Assembly: GCA_964653715.1 (NCBI GenBank)
Contig: CAZZGX010000019.1
Coordinates: 1 to 43,068, forward strand
Direction: 5' to 3'
From: an uncultured Candidatus Saccharibacteria bacterium
Lineage (GTDB): Bacteria; Patescibacteriota; Minisyncoccia; Ryanbacterales; GWA2-47-10b
DNA: 43,068 nucleotides
Part shown: piece by piece, positions 32,999 to 40,454 of the stretch
Layout of the letters: each line of letters starts with the position of its first letter
Position numbering within the stretch: the first letter of the stretch is position 1
Notes under the pieces: generated by a model
The model's input: only the letters and a program-made list of their open reading frames with translations
Told to the model about the DNA's origin: nothing
Database searches by the model: none
Made by a program: the position numbers and the translations under genes

Positions 32999-34178
32999 AG
33001 CGCATATTTTGATTCAAATACTCGATCGCGCGCTCGAGTATAGCGTCTTTGACTCCGGGCGCATACTGGGCAAGTGGATTTGTTTCGGAGACCAGAATAT
33101 CGGGCTCAACACCTTGCCCTTCGATATTTTCTCCATGTGGGCCATAGAAAATGCGCACCGGTAAGGAAATAGCGACATGTTTGTCGATGTAAAACTGCCG
33201 CATTATTGTTCCGTATCCGACAGTGCGTTCGCCAATGATTGTCGCTCTCCCGTGATCCTTGAGTGTCATAGCGATAAGCTCCCCGAGCGAAACCGTTGAA
33301 TTATTTACAAGCACCACAAGTGGATCGCGGAGCGGGCGAGTCTCTTTTGGGACCAAAAGCGTTTCTTGGTCATCACGAGCTTCTGCCGACGCAAAGAGAA
33401 TTGCCGTTGCCGGCTCTAGGACTGTACTCAGGAAAAACATCCCCGAGACGACAAGTCCACCCTGCATCGAGCGCAGATCGATAATAAATCGAGTGGCTCC
33501 CATTTTTTTTAATTTCCCGATTGCTTGATACGCTAAAATCCCATTTTTCTCCGAGTGCATATCGTAGATGGAAAAATAGCCGATATTACCCGAAAGCATT
33601 GTGGCAAGAAAATCTCGCCATACAACCCCTTCTCGTTTTTCGATCCGTTTTGTCTCGACACGTTTCCAATCGCGAGAAACGAGCGTGAGGTCAACAAATG
33701 AATGTTTGTTGCAATCAAGCGCGGTTATAATCTCTAAAAATGAAAGAAGATTTGTTGGTTTTCCGTCGATAGCAAATATGATATCACCAATATTAACGCG
33801 CGCTTCATAAGCGGGGCTTCGAGGTGCTACGCGCACTATGGTCACAAGCCCCATTCTTTTTGAGAAAGTTATTCCCAACGCACCCATTTGTACTCGCTCT
33901 TTGCACGCGGGGCGCTCATCTTCAAGTTCGAGAAATCCGTGGCTGTTTGTTTTTTGGACTAGAAACTCAATCGCATCTGTCGTGAGACTCTTGAGCTCGA
34001 CCGACATATAGTAGTGTTCGTGAATCGTTTCGAGCGCGTTTTTGAAAAGTTGGGTAGATTCCTCGATGCGAGTCGCGTCTTCCTTCGCGGTATCCATGCG
34101 CAGAGCCGTCGGATTCGATTTTTGTGTCAATGAACAGGCAGAAAGCAAAAGTGACATTGCTAAGACGATACGTCTCAT
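32997..34178 (-). CDS. S41 family C-terminal processing peptidase, predicted lipoprotein
   Basis: Lipobox LLSAC after MRRIVLAMS, PDZ-like GDIIFAIDGKP, catalytic region VLVNNSTVSLGELIA. AGGAGG SD 5 nt before ATG 34178; the track start at 34286 was rejected. Confidence 0.8.
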   Translation of the reverse strand: MRRIVLAMSLLLSACSLTQKSNPTALRMDTAKEDATRIEESTQLFKNALETIHEHYYMSVELKSLTTDAIEFLVQKTNSHGFLELEDERPACKERVQMGALGITFSKRMGLVTIVRVAPRSPAYEARVNIGDIIFAIDGKPTNLLSFLEIITALDCNKHSFVDLTLVSRDWKRVETKRIEKREGVVWRDFLATMLSGNIGYFSIYDMHSEKNGILAYQAIGKLKKMGATRFIIDLRSMQGGLVVSGMFFLSTVLEPATAILFASAEARDDQETLLVPKETRPLRDPLVVLVNNSTVSLGELIAMTLKDHGRATIIGERTVGYGTIMRQFYIDKHVAISLPVRIFYGPHGENIEGQGVEPDILVSETNPLAQYAPGVKDAILERAIEYLNQNMR

Positions 34179-34233
34179 GCGACACCTCCTTCTTCTATGA
34201 TTATTCTTACGCTTTCTTTTTGGTTGAGGCAAG

Positions 34234-34242
34234 TGATACGAT
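34234..34242 (+). promoter_or_regulatory. Extended -10 TGaTACGAT placing +1 on ATG 34249
   Basis: 6 nt between the hexamer end (34242) and the ATG. Confidence 0.55.
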
Positions 34243-34248
34243 GCACGT

Positions 34249-34965
34249 ATGTCCGATATTCGCGTTCTCTTTGAAGACAAGGACATTGTGGCGCTTTCGA
34301 AGCCCGCGGGCGTGGTCGTGCACCATGACGCCGCGCACGCCGAAGGAACTCTGGTGGACTGGTTTCTCGCGCGTTATCCAGATTCGCAAAATGTCGGAGA
34401 TCCCCTGCGCCCTGGCGTGGTTCACCGGCTCGACAAGGATACGTCAGGGGTGTTGCTTTTTGCCAAAACCAATACGGCGTATCACCATCTCAAAAAACTT
34501 TTTGAAGAGGGTAACATTAAAAAAACATATATCGCGCTGGTCGTCGGCTCTCCAAAAAACGATTCGGGGGCTATAAATGCTCCGATTGCGCGTTCTACCA
34601 AACACTTTGAAAAGCGCGTCGTAGGCGGCAAGCAGGGGAGGGAGCGTGAGGCAGTTACCGATTGGAAAGTGCGCGAGCGGCTTGTCCCGAGCTCGTCGAG
34701 GGATTCGTATACGGTGCTCGAAGTGCGTCCGCGTACCGGCCGTACGCACCAGATCCGTTCGCACCTTGCGTATATCGGCTATCCAGTCGCGTGCGACAAG
34801 CTCTATGGCGGCAAGCGCTACATGTGTCCGCCCGGACTCACGCGCCAGTTTTTGCACGCGTCAACTCTCGAGTTTTCCTTGCCCTCGGGCGCACATTTGT
34901 CTGTTGAGGCGGGGCTCCCACAAGATCTTGAACAAGCGCTCAAAGAATTGCGATTAAAAAATTAA
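34249..34965 (+). CDS. RluA family pseudouridine synthase (no S4 domain)
   Basis: HRLDKDTSGVLLFAK catalytic Asp motif and TGRTHQIRSHL. Confidence 0.85.
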   Translation: MSDIRVLFEDKDIVALSKPAGVVVHHDAAHAEGTLVDWFLARYPDSQNVGDPLRPGVVHRLDKDTSGVLLFAKTNTAYHHLKKLFEEGNIKKTYIALVVGSPKNDSGAINAPIARSTKHFEKRVVGGKQGREREAVTDWKVRERLVPSSSRDSYTVLEVRPRTGRTHQIRSHLAYIGYPVACDKLYGGKRYMCPPGLTRQFLHASTLEFSLPSGAHLSVEAGLPQDLEQALKELRLKN

Positions 34966-34967
34966 TA

Positions 34968-34976
34968 TGGTATAAA
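34968..34976 (+). promoter_or_regulatory. Extended -10 TGgTATAAA, 7 nt before the rplS ATG 34984
   Basis: Predicted leader 0-1 nt; no SD. Confidence 0.5.
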
Positions 34977-34983
34977 ACTACCT

Positions 34984-35355
34984 ATGTCCGACAGAGCTCA
35001 AATAGATATGCGTCCCGGCGACACCGTTCGCGTGCACCAAAAAGTGAAAGAAGGGGACAAAGTACGAATTCAGGTTTTTGAGGGTCTTGTTCTTGCCCGA
35101 AAGCACGGCACTGAAGCCGGCGCTACATTTACCGTCCGCAAAGTGGTTTCCGGCATCGGCGTCGAGCGCATTTTTCCGTTGCACTCACCTCTCCTCGACA
35201 AGATTGAGGTGACCAAGCGCGCCTCACGCGTACGCCGCGCGAAGCTGTACTACATCCGCGACAAGGCAGCAAAAGAGACGCGCAAGAAGATGAAACAGAT
35301 TCGTTTCGAATCAACAGAACCAAAAGAAAAAGAGCAGGAGAAAAGAGCCGAATAA
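34984..35355 (+). CDS. rplS: 50S ribosomal protein L19
   Basis: [31 protein letters not shown]...[17 protein letters not shown]. Confidence 0.9.
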   Translation: MSDRAQIDMRPGDTVRVHQKVKEGDKVRIQVFEGLVLARKHGTEAGATFTVRKVVSGIGVERIFPLHSPLLDKIEVTKRASRVRRAKLYYIRDKAAKETRKKMKQIRFESTEPKEKEQEKRAE

Positions 35356-35367
35356 CATCGGCTTCAC

Positions 35368-35451
35368 GCGCAGGTGGCGGAATTGGTATACGCGCTAGGT
35401 TGAGGGCCTAGTTCTCGCAAGAGATTGGGGGTTCGAGTCCCCCTCTGCGCA
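35368..35451 (+). tRNA. tRNA-Leu (anticodon GAG), long variable arm
   Basis: Acceptor GCGCAGG/TCTGCGC, anticodon arm CTAGG-TTGAGGG-CCTAG, variable arm TTCTCGCAAGAGATT, T arm GGGGG-TTCGAGT-CCCCC. 84 nt. Confidence 0.9.
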
Positions 35452-35455
35452 TATG

Positions 35456-35491
35456 AAAAATTTGGGTGGCCTAGTGCCACCTAAATTTTTT
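35456..35491 (+). terminator. Intrinsic terminator after rplS/tRNA-Leu
   Basis: AAAAA-TTTGGGTGGC-ctagt-GCCACCTAAA-TTTTTT. Confidence 0.75.
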
Positions 35492-35500
35492 ATATTGAGT

Positions 35501-35511
35501 GGGACTCGAAC
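35501..35511. repeat. Inverted 11-nt copy of the tRNA-Leu T-arm
   Basis: GGGACTCGAAC is the reverse complement of GTTCGAGTCCC at 35431-35441. Confidence 0.7.
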
Positions 35512-35630
35512 GAAGCAAATGGTTTTGCTCCGTGGGATTTTCGATAAGAAAATCGAGCCCCCCGGTTGGCCAGTTAACATCATTAACATTGTTAATGTTC
35601 AGAGGGGATTGGGCAGTGTAGAATTAAAGA

Positions 35631-37304
35631 GTGGAAGCTATCACCCCAGAATCCAATAAATCTTCCAATCCTTTATTTAAAAGAGTTTTCTTAGATCACT
35701 GGATTGATTGGACTATAGCAATTATTGTTACGGTCTTTATAGTTGTATATGGAGCCGTACAAAAGTTCTCTATTGAACAGGACTATAATGTTGAAAATAA
35801 ACTTTCTGTTTCGAGCACTAATCAGGGGATTAAAATTATCTCAACTACTGCTTGGCAAACGTATACTAGTAGAGAGTTTAATTTTGAGTTTCTATATCCA
35901 GATAGCTGGTCCGTTAGCCAAAGAGAGCCAGAACTCGAAGTAAAGAATACGATTTTGGGTCCAGTGTTAGAAGATGATAATGCGAGTATTGCTCAGATTG
36001 ATTTTACGATATTTTCAAATCCTGAAGGTACTTCACTTTTACCGTGGTTTATGAAGAAATCTGGTTCAAGCGCAAGCGTAGCAAATTTAGCTAATCAAGC
36101 TTATGAACCCTTCACGATCGGAACGATCGACGGTATTAAAGTGACGGAGCGAGATTCTGTTTCCGGGAAACTCGATACTAATATATTTTTCTCTAGGGAC
36201 GGGAAGGTGCTTCTATTTCACGCAACAGATAAAGATATTCAAACGCTACAAGCTTTAGTATCTACATTTCGCTTTATAGATTTTTCAGATCCACGCAATT
36301 GGGAGGTATATAAGAGCAAAAAGAACGATATTTCACTACGTCCAAAGCCAGGACTGAGAATTATGGACGAGGATAACGGTTTGATCATAGGAAATTGTCC
36401 GGATGCTGATATAGGTTTATTTAGCTGTGATAAGGGAGATATGTTTACCATACAAGTTTATGATGGGTCTACAATCGAAAACATTTCTCCTAATGTTGAA
36501 ATAAAGTGCAAAAATATAAAAATCAATAGCCACGCTTCATATGATTGCTCATTCGGTACTATTCGCAAAGTTTATGCTCAGGAGGGAAATGTTGTTTTTG
36601 ATATTACTTATCCGATTAATAGCACTGACGGAGACAAGATGCTTTCCACGTTAGAATTTCTAGGCCTAAATAATGATCAAATCGGCTTTTACGATAGAAA
36701 TAAATGGCAATTAATAGATTCTAAAAGTGCAGATTTCGATGGCGATGGAGTGGGCGAATTAGTGCTGTTATTAAAATCAAATATTTCACCCGGAAAGGAC
36801 TACGAAGGAAACGATCTTTTCTTCTTAAGAATGCTTATCATTAAAAACAATACAATCGTTTATAGCTTTGAACCAAGGAATGGTGTCCGAGGACCATTTC
36901 TGATGTCTGATAAGGTAGAGATCCAAGATGTTACCCAAGATGGTTTGCCAGAAGCCATTGTTTATTGGGGAGATAAACAAATGAAAGACACGGCATACAC
37001 TTCAATTCATGTTGCTCACTTTGATTCACAGTATAAGTGGTTGAATAATATTTCTTCCGACGGTTTTTATAATTCAAAATGGCATGATTTCGAATGGGCA
37101 GATTTCGGAGATAAGCTACAGATAGCTACATCGGATGCAATACGAAATACATGTAGTACGTGCATTGATTACTATAAATACACTATCTATAAATGGATTG
37201 GCGATCATTACATGATTTATAAATCTATAGAGGGACCTAAAAATCCAGTAGGCAATCCCTTTGATGAAGAATATATAAAGTTTATTCACGACAAGCTAAA
37301 TTAA
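35631..37304 (+). CDS. Hypothetical membrane-anchored extracytoplasmic protein with FG-GAP/VCBS-like motifs; AT-rich gene
   Basis: TM helix IDWTIAIIVTVFIVVYGAV; FDGDGVGELVLL and DVTQDGLPEAIVYWGD motifs. GTG start. A sampled 60-nt line is ~32% GC, against ~57% for a line sampled in rluA at 34261. Confidence 0.65.
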   Translation: MEAITPESNKSSNPLFKRVFLDHWIDWTIAIIVTVFIVVYGAVQKFSIEQDYNVENKLSVSSTNQGIKIISTTAWQTYTSREFNFEFLYPDSWSVSQREPELEVKNTILGPVLEDDNASIAQIDFTIFSNPEGTSLLPWFMKKSGSSASVANLANQAYEPFTIGTIDGIKVTERDSVSGKLDTNIFFSRDGKVLLFHATDKDIQTLQALVSTFRFIDFSDPRNWEVYKSKKNDISLRPKPGLRIMDEDNGLIIGNCPDADIGLFSCDKGDMFTIQVYDGSTIENISPNVEIKCKNIKINSHASYDCSFGTIRKVYAQEGNVVFDITYPINSTDGDKMLSTLEFLGLNNDQIGFYDRNKWQLIDSKSADFDGDGVGELVLLLKSNISPGKDYEGNDLFFLRMLIIKNNTIVYSFEPRNGVRGPFLMSDKVEIQDVTQDGLPEAIVYWGDKQMKDTAYTSIHVAHFDSQYKWLNNISSDGFYNSKWHDFEWADFGDKLQIATSDAIRNTCSTCIDYYKYTIYKWIGDHYMIYKSIEGPKNPVGNPFDEEYIKFIHDKLN

Positions 37305-37438
37305 AGCCTATCTTATTGCTCATAAAATAGGTTCCAACTTCCCACCACAGGCGGGCAGGCCGTCCACTCCTTTGCACCACAACTAACTTTTACAACAGCT
37401 TGATTTTTGAACCGAGATACGCTATCATTGGAAGCACG

Positions 37439-37675
37439 ATGAGAGGCAAAAATAATGACGAATTCAAGCTGAATCAGGTGGGAACCCCTCTTGCGACTTT
37501 TCTAGAGTCGTACAACAAAAGCATTCCCGCAAGCTTCCCTCCCGCATCAGTCAAAATGTTGAAACAATTTCAGATACACCATCCGCTTCTTTTCAAACAT
37601 GGGGACGAGTGGTCCATCGATAGGCATCGCAAGCGCCTCATGGATTGGCTCCCAGCACATGCCGATATCGCGTAA
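37439..37675 (+). CDS. Hypothetical protein (78 aa)
   Basis: ATG 37439 preceded by TATCAT (37423-37428). No recognisable family. The track version starts at TTG 37400. Confidence 0.4.
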   Translation: MRGKNNDEFKLNQVGTPLATFLESYNKSIPASFPPASVKMLKQFQIHHPLLFKHGDEWSIDRHRKRLMDWLPAHADIA

Positions 37676-37718
37676 TCTCAGCATCAAATAGGCAATTTTT
37701 AAAACCGGCCACAGGGGG

Positions 37719-37724
37719 TATACT
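37719..37724 (+). promoter_or_regulatory. -10 box TATACT placing +1 on ATG 37731 (basic micro-ORF)
   Basis: 6-nt spacing. Confidence 0.4.
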
Positions 37725-37730
37725 GGAGGC

Positions 37731-37853
37731 ATGAAGAAAAAATCGCGCAAAGGGTCACGCTATTTTCATGGGGATGATTTGACCAAAAAGGGGCTCGATC
37801 GCAAACTCCGATCGAAGACCGAACCTTGGGAAAAGAAAAAGCGCCGACGCTAA
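37731..37853 (+). CDS. Possible 40-aa highly basic micro-ORF (MKKKSRKGSRYFHGDDLTKKGLDRKLRSKTEPWEKKKRRR)
   Basis: Below the track cutoff. TATACT at 37719-37724 places the predicted +1 exactly on the A of the ATG, the same geometry as many genes here. Confidence 0.35.
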   Translation: MKKKSRKGSRYFHGDDLTKKGLDRKLRSKTEPWEKKKRRR

Positions 37854-37887
37854 ATACAAAGGTCGAGTTACGAACCACGCTACATAT

Positions 37888-38139
37888 ATGGCCGAAAAAG
37901 AAATAGGCAAGGTTATCCATTATTTTGACCGCGCGATGGTCGCCGTGGTCAGGCTTTCAAGCTCACTCAAGACGGGCGATCGGGTTAAGATTGTAAAAGG
38001 AATTGGGGAGTTTGAAGAAACCGTTTCTTCTATGCAGGTTGAACACGAATCAATCAGCGCGGGCAAAAAAGGCGATGAGGTCGCCATCAAAATTTCCCAG
38101 CCGACCAAAGAAGGCGCGCACGTTTTCAAGCTTGAGTAA
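37888..38139 (+). CDS. Small translation-factor-like beta-barrel protein (EF-Tu domain 2 / IF2-like fold)
   Basis: 83 aa; GKVIHYFDRAMVAVVRL...LKTGDRVKI......GDEVAIKI pattern resembles stand-alone elongation-factor-like barrels. Recalled from memory only. Confidence 0.45.
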   Translation: MAEKEIGKVIHYFDRAMVAVVRLSSSLKTGDRVKIVKGIGEFEETVSSMQVEHESISAGKKGDEVAIKISQPTKEGAHVFKLE

Positions 38140-38151
38140 AAGAAAAATATT

Positions 38152-38160
38152 TGCTACGAT
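38152..38160 (+). promoter_or_regulatory. Extended -10 TGcTACGAT upstream of tRNA-His
   Basis: Same 9-mer as at 25397-25405. Confidence 0.5.
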
Positions 38161-38186
38161 AGCGCTCACTCCTTGACGAGTAGTAT

Positions 38187-38258
38187 GGTGGCTATAGCTC
38201 AATGGTAGAGCGCTGCTCTGTGGAAGCAGTTACGAGGGTTCGATTCCCTCTAGTCACC
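38187..38258 (+). tRNA. tRNA-His (anticodon GTG) with encoded G-1
   Basis: G-1 (38187) opposite discriminator C73 (38258); acceptor GTGGCTA/TAGTCAC; anticodon arm CTGCT-CTGTGGA-AGCAG; T arm GAGGG-TTCGATT-CCCTC. Confidence 0.9.
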
Positions 38259-38270
38259 TACAAAACAAAA

Positions 38271-38300
38271 AGTCCTGCTTTATGTAGGGCTTTTTGTTTT
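38271..38300 (+). terminator. Intrinsic terminator after tRNA-His
   Basis: AGTCCTGC-tttat-GTAGGGCT (two G-U pairs) followed by TTTTTGTTTT. Confidence 0.6.
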
Positions 38301-38314
38301 GCTGTATGACATAG

Positions 38315-38329
38315 TAGAGGGAATCGAAC
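38315..38329. repeat. Inverted 15-nt copy of the tRNA-His T-arm/acceptor segment
   Basis: TAGAGGGAATCGAAC is the reverse complement of GTTCGATTCCCTCTA at 38238-38252. Confidence 0.9.
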
Positions 38330-38372
38330 AGAGTGCCCAACGGCACTCTGCGGGTCCGCCGAGAGGGCGGAC
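38330..38372 (+). other. Two GC-rich hairpins inside the tRNA-His-derived inverted/direct repeat frame
   Basis: AGAGTGCC-caac-GGCACTCT (38330-38349) and GTCCGCC-gagag-GGCGGAC (38354-38372); a weaker CGCC-ttgtc-GGCG follows (38380-38392). Confidence 0.6.
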
Positions 38373-38399
38373 GATTCCCCGCCTTGTCGGCGAGACAGG

Positions 38400-38410
38400 C
38401 CTCTAGTCAC
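38400..38410. repeat. Direct 11-nt copy of the tRNA-His 3' end
   Basis: CCTCTAGTCAC is identical to 38247-38257. Confidence 0.8.
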
Positions 38411-38418
38411 TCAAGCTA

Positions 38419-38446
38419 TTGACAAAAGATTATCTTAAGTTAAACT
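38419..38446 (+). promoter_or_regulatory. TTGACA-16-TAAACT promoter placing +1 on ATG 38453 (TA pair 2)
   Basis: -35 at 38419-38424 and -10 at 38441-38446; 6-nt spacing to the ATG. Confidence 0.6.
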
Positions 38447-38452
38447 TCGAGT

Positions 38453-38695
38453 ATGAAAACAACTATCGTGGGGTTCAAGGAATTGAGAGAAGATGCCGAT
38501 AAATATATTTCCCAAGTCAAAAAGGGACGTTCTTTTGTTGTGGTTAGGCGCTCAAAGCCAATTTTCAAAATGACTCCCGTGGATGAGTGGGGAGACGAAG
38601 GAATGTGGGAAACTGTTGCCGACTTCAAGAAACTTTTTCCTCATGGAGTTTCCGCAAAGCGTTTGCTCAAAGCATTGAAAGCAAAGAATGGATAG
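38453..38695 (+). CDS. Phd/YefM-type antitoxin
   Basis: 80 aa; N-terminus TIVGFKELREDADKYISQVKKGRSFVVVRRSKPIF is Phd/YefM-like. 8-nt overlap with the toxin gene. Confidence 0.7.
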   Translation: MKTTIVGFKELREDADKYISQVKKGRSFVVVRRSKPIFKMTPVDEWGDEGMWETVADFKKLFPHGVSAKRLLKALKAKNG

Positions 38696-38924
38696 AATAC
38701 AAAAATTCATTCGGAAACTTTCGAAACGCGAACGCCAGCAGATTCTTTCCATCGTCGAACGCGTTCAAGAGGGTAATATTAATGGTCTTGATGTGAAGAA
38801 ACTACAAGGCCGCGATCAAGAATTTCGAATACGTAAAGGTAACATACGTATTATTTTTAGACGTACTGCGAGTGGTTTTGAAGTCATAGATATCCAGTGG
38901 AGAGGGAGTAAGACTTACCATTGA
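38688..38924 (+). CDS. RelE/ParE family toxin
   Basis: 78 aa; KFIRKLSKRERQQILSIVERV....KKLQGRDQEFRIRKGNIRIIFRR....VIDIQWRGSKTY fits the RelE/ParE pattern. Confidence 0.7.
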   Translation: MDRIQKFIRKLSKRERQQILSIVERVQEGNINGLDVKKLQGRDQEFRIRKGNIRIIFRRTASGFEVIDIQWRGSKTYH

Positions 38925-39012
38925 GTAACATGGTAATACCATTACACTCGCGTCCACAGAAATTTTTCGGTTCTAACCTAATATAATTTCTATGATAAAA
39001 AGGTTTTAGCAT

Positions 39013-39480
39013 ATGTACTCTCCGGAAAGTGCACGAGAAAATATAAAAAGATTCAAAAACAAAAAGGTTGTTTTGGTTGGAGGTAGTTTTGATATTCTTC
39101 ATGTCGGTCATGTAAGGTTTTTATCGCAGGCTAAAAAATGGGGAGACATACTCGTGGTAGGTATAAACAGTAATAGTGTCGTAAGGAATAAGAAGGGCTC
39201 TCGCCGCCCGATTATTGACGAAAGACAAAGGGCAGAAGTTCTTTTAAATCTGAAGTCTGTTGATTTTGTTTTTATTGCTCGTCAGGATTTCTTAGGCAAT
39301 ATTTTGGGAGTTATAAAGCCCAATATTTTAGTATTTACCGTAGAACGAGGGAGATTGAAATCAGCAAAAGAACGCGCAAGTCTCGTTCGCAAGCAGCATC
39401 CTAATATAAAGATTGTATTTTTACCAAAAGAGGGTAAGAAAATCAGTACTACAAGAATTAAACGGAAGATTTTAAATTGA
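39013..39480 (+). CDS. Stand-alone cytidylyl/adenylyltransferase resembling HldE (RfaE) domain II
   Basis: VVLVGGSFDILHVGHVRFLSQAKKWGDILVVGINSNSVVRNKKGSRRPIIDERQRAEVLLNLKSVDFVFI matches the HxGH nucleotidyltransferase / heptose-1-P adenylyltransferase pattern. Confidence 0.75.
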   Translation: MYSPESARENIKRFKNKKVVLVGGSFDILHVGHVRFLSQAKKWGDILVVGINSNSVVRNKKGSRRPIIDERQRAEVLLNLKSVDFVFIARQDFLGNILGVIKPNILVFTVERGRLKSAKERASLVRKQHPNIKIVFLPKEGKKISTTRIKRKILN

Positions 39481-39618
39481 ATATGACGGTATATAAATCG
39501 TTAAATCATTTTTCCTCTCAAAAACAGTTCTCCTTCGACAAGCTCAGGACAAGTAAACCTCTCTACGACGACACCAAAAATGGACTTTTATTCTAAACCC
39601 CAATAAACTAAGAGAGTT

Positions 39619-40329
39619 ATGACCAAACCAAAACGACCGTGGATTATAACTCCACATAGCGAAATACAGAAAATAGACGACAACCTTTGGGCTGTTGAAA
39701 ATTTAGTTCCGGGCGCGAAATTCAAGCGCCGAATGTGTATCGTTAAAAGAACCGATGGATCGCTTCTTTTCTTTCACGCTATTCCGCTCGACGATAAGAC
39801 GCTTGAGGCCGTCAAGGCATGGGGGCGGCCTGCGTATCTTGTCGTGGGACACGACCAGCATACTATCGATGCCGAAGCATTTCGTGAAAAATTGGGGCTT
39901 CAAGTTTTCGGTCCAAAAGAGTGTGAAGAGAAACTGCGGGAGCGGGTAGAACTCGCGGGCACGCTCAAAGATGTCCCGCCCGACCCAACGCTGCGTATAG
40001 AAAGCGTCCCGGGCGTAAAACACGGAGAACCCATTATTGCCGTAAAAAGCGCCGGGGGGAGCCGCGTGAGCCTTCTTTTTAGCGACGTCATTCAAAATAC
40101 CCCCAAGGAAAACTTGCCATTCATTTTTCGCGTTCTCGGATTTTCATCCGATAGACCAAAAGTGGTTCCCGCGTTTCGTCTGTTATTTATGAAAGATCGC
40201 ACTGCCGTAAAAAATGAGCTTCTCAAATGGTCCGAGACGCCGAATCTGATTCGCTTGGTACCAATGCATGGAAATATTGTAGAGAAGGGTGCCCGCGAAG
40301 CCCTGAAATCCGCCGCCCAAAAACTCTAA
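39619..40329 (+). CDS. Hypothetical protein (possibly DUF4336 / metallo-beta-lactamase-fold-like)
   Basis: 236 aa; LWAVE..VPG....RMCIVKRTDGSLLFFHAIPLD...LEAVKAWGRPAYLVVGHDQHTIDA pattern. The family call is tentative. Confidence 0.55.
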   Translation: MTKPKRPWIITPHSEIQKIDDNLWAVENLVPGAKFKRRMCIVKRTDGSLLFFHAIPLDDKTLEAVKAWGRPAYLVVGHDQHTIDAEAFREKLGLQVFGPKECEEKLRERVELAGTLKDVPPDPTLRIESVPGVKHGEPIIAVKSAGGSRVSLLFSDVIQNTPKENLPFIFRVLGFSSDRPKVVPAFRLLFMKDRTAVKNELLKWSETPNLIRLVPMHGNIVEKGAREALKSAAQKL

Positions 40330-40454
40330 GTTTCCCGCCCGCACATTAACTCTGCGCTATGCGGGTGAAAGAAATATGAGTAGAAAAAGTGAATTTCATG
40401 AATATGTCATGCCCTTGATTAAGGGGTTTTAAATCGTTAGACTTTAAATCTGCT

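Larger units (their letters stand above)
35452..39600. other. Mosaic AT-rich accessory island downstream of tRNA-Leu
   Basis: Sharp visual drop in GC at 35.6-37.3 kb and 38.4-39.6 kb. Content is hypothetical genes, tRNA-His with scars, a TA pair and a stand-alone nucleotidyltransferase. No integrase. Confidence 0.55.

Noticed and set aside
35495-35580. Possible degenerate tRNA on the minus strand (TGGGACTCGAAC looks like a tRNA 3' end)
   Set aside because: I could not fold a T stem, anticodon arm or acceptor stem around it. Only the 11-nt T-loop segment matches, so it is recorded as a fragment.
35395-35659. Short ORFs 35395-35589 (-) and 35453-35659 (+) downstream of tRNA-Leu
   Set aside because: They overlap the tRNA, its terminator and hairpin-rich intergenic DNA, and have no start signals.
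39531-39553. TCCTTCGACAAGCTCAGGACAAG (reads SFDKLRTS in a 37-codon ORF at 39483-39596) matches the reverse complement of 34681-34703 inside the rluA-family gene at 20/23. It resembles a GC-rich repeat family I recall seeing translated as FDKLR-type peptides.
   Set aside because: A 20/23 match is roughly what chance predicts once in a 43-kb self-comparison. No palindromic partner lies nearby. The family recollection is from memory and cannot be verified here.
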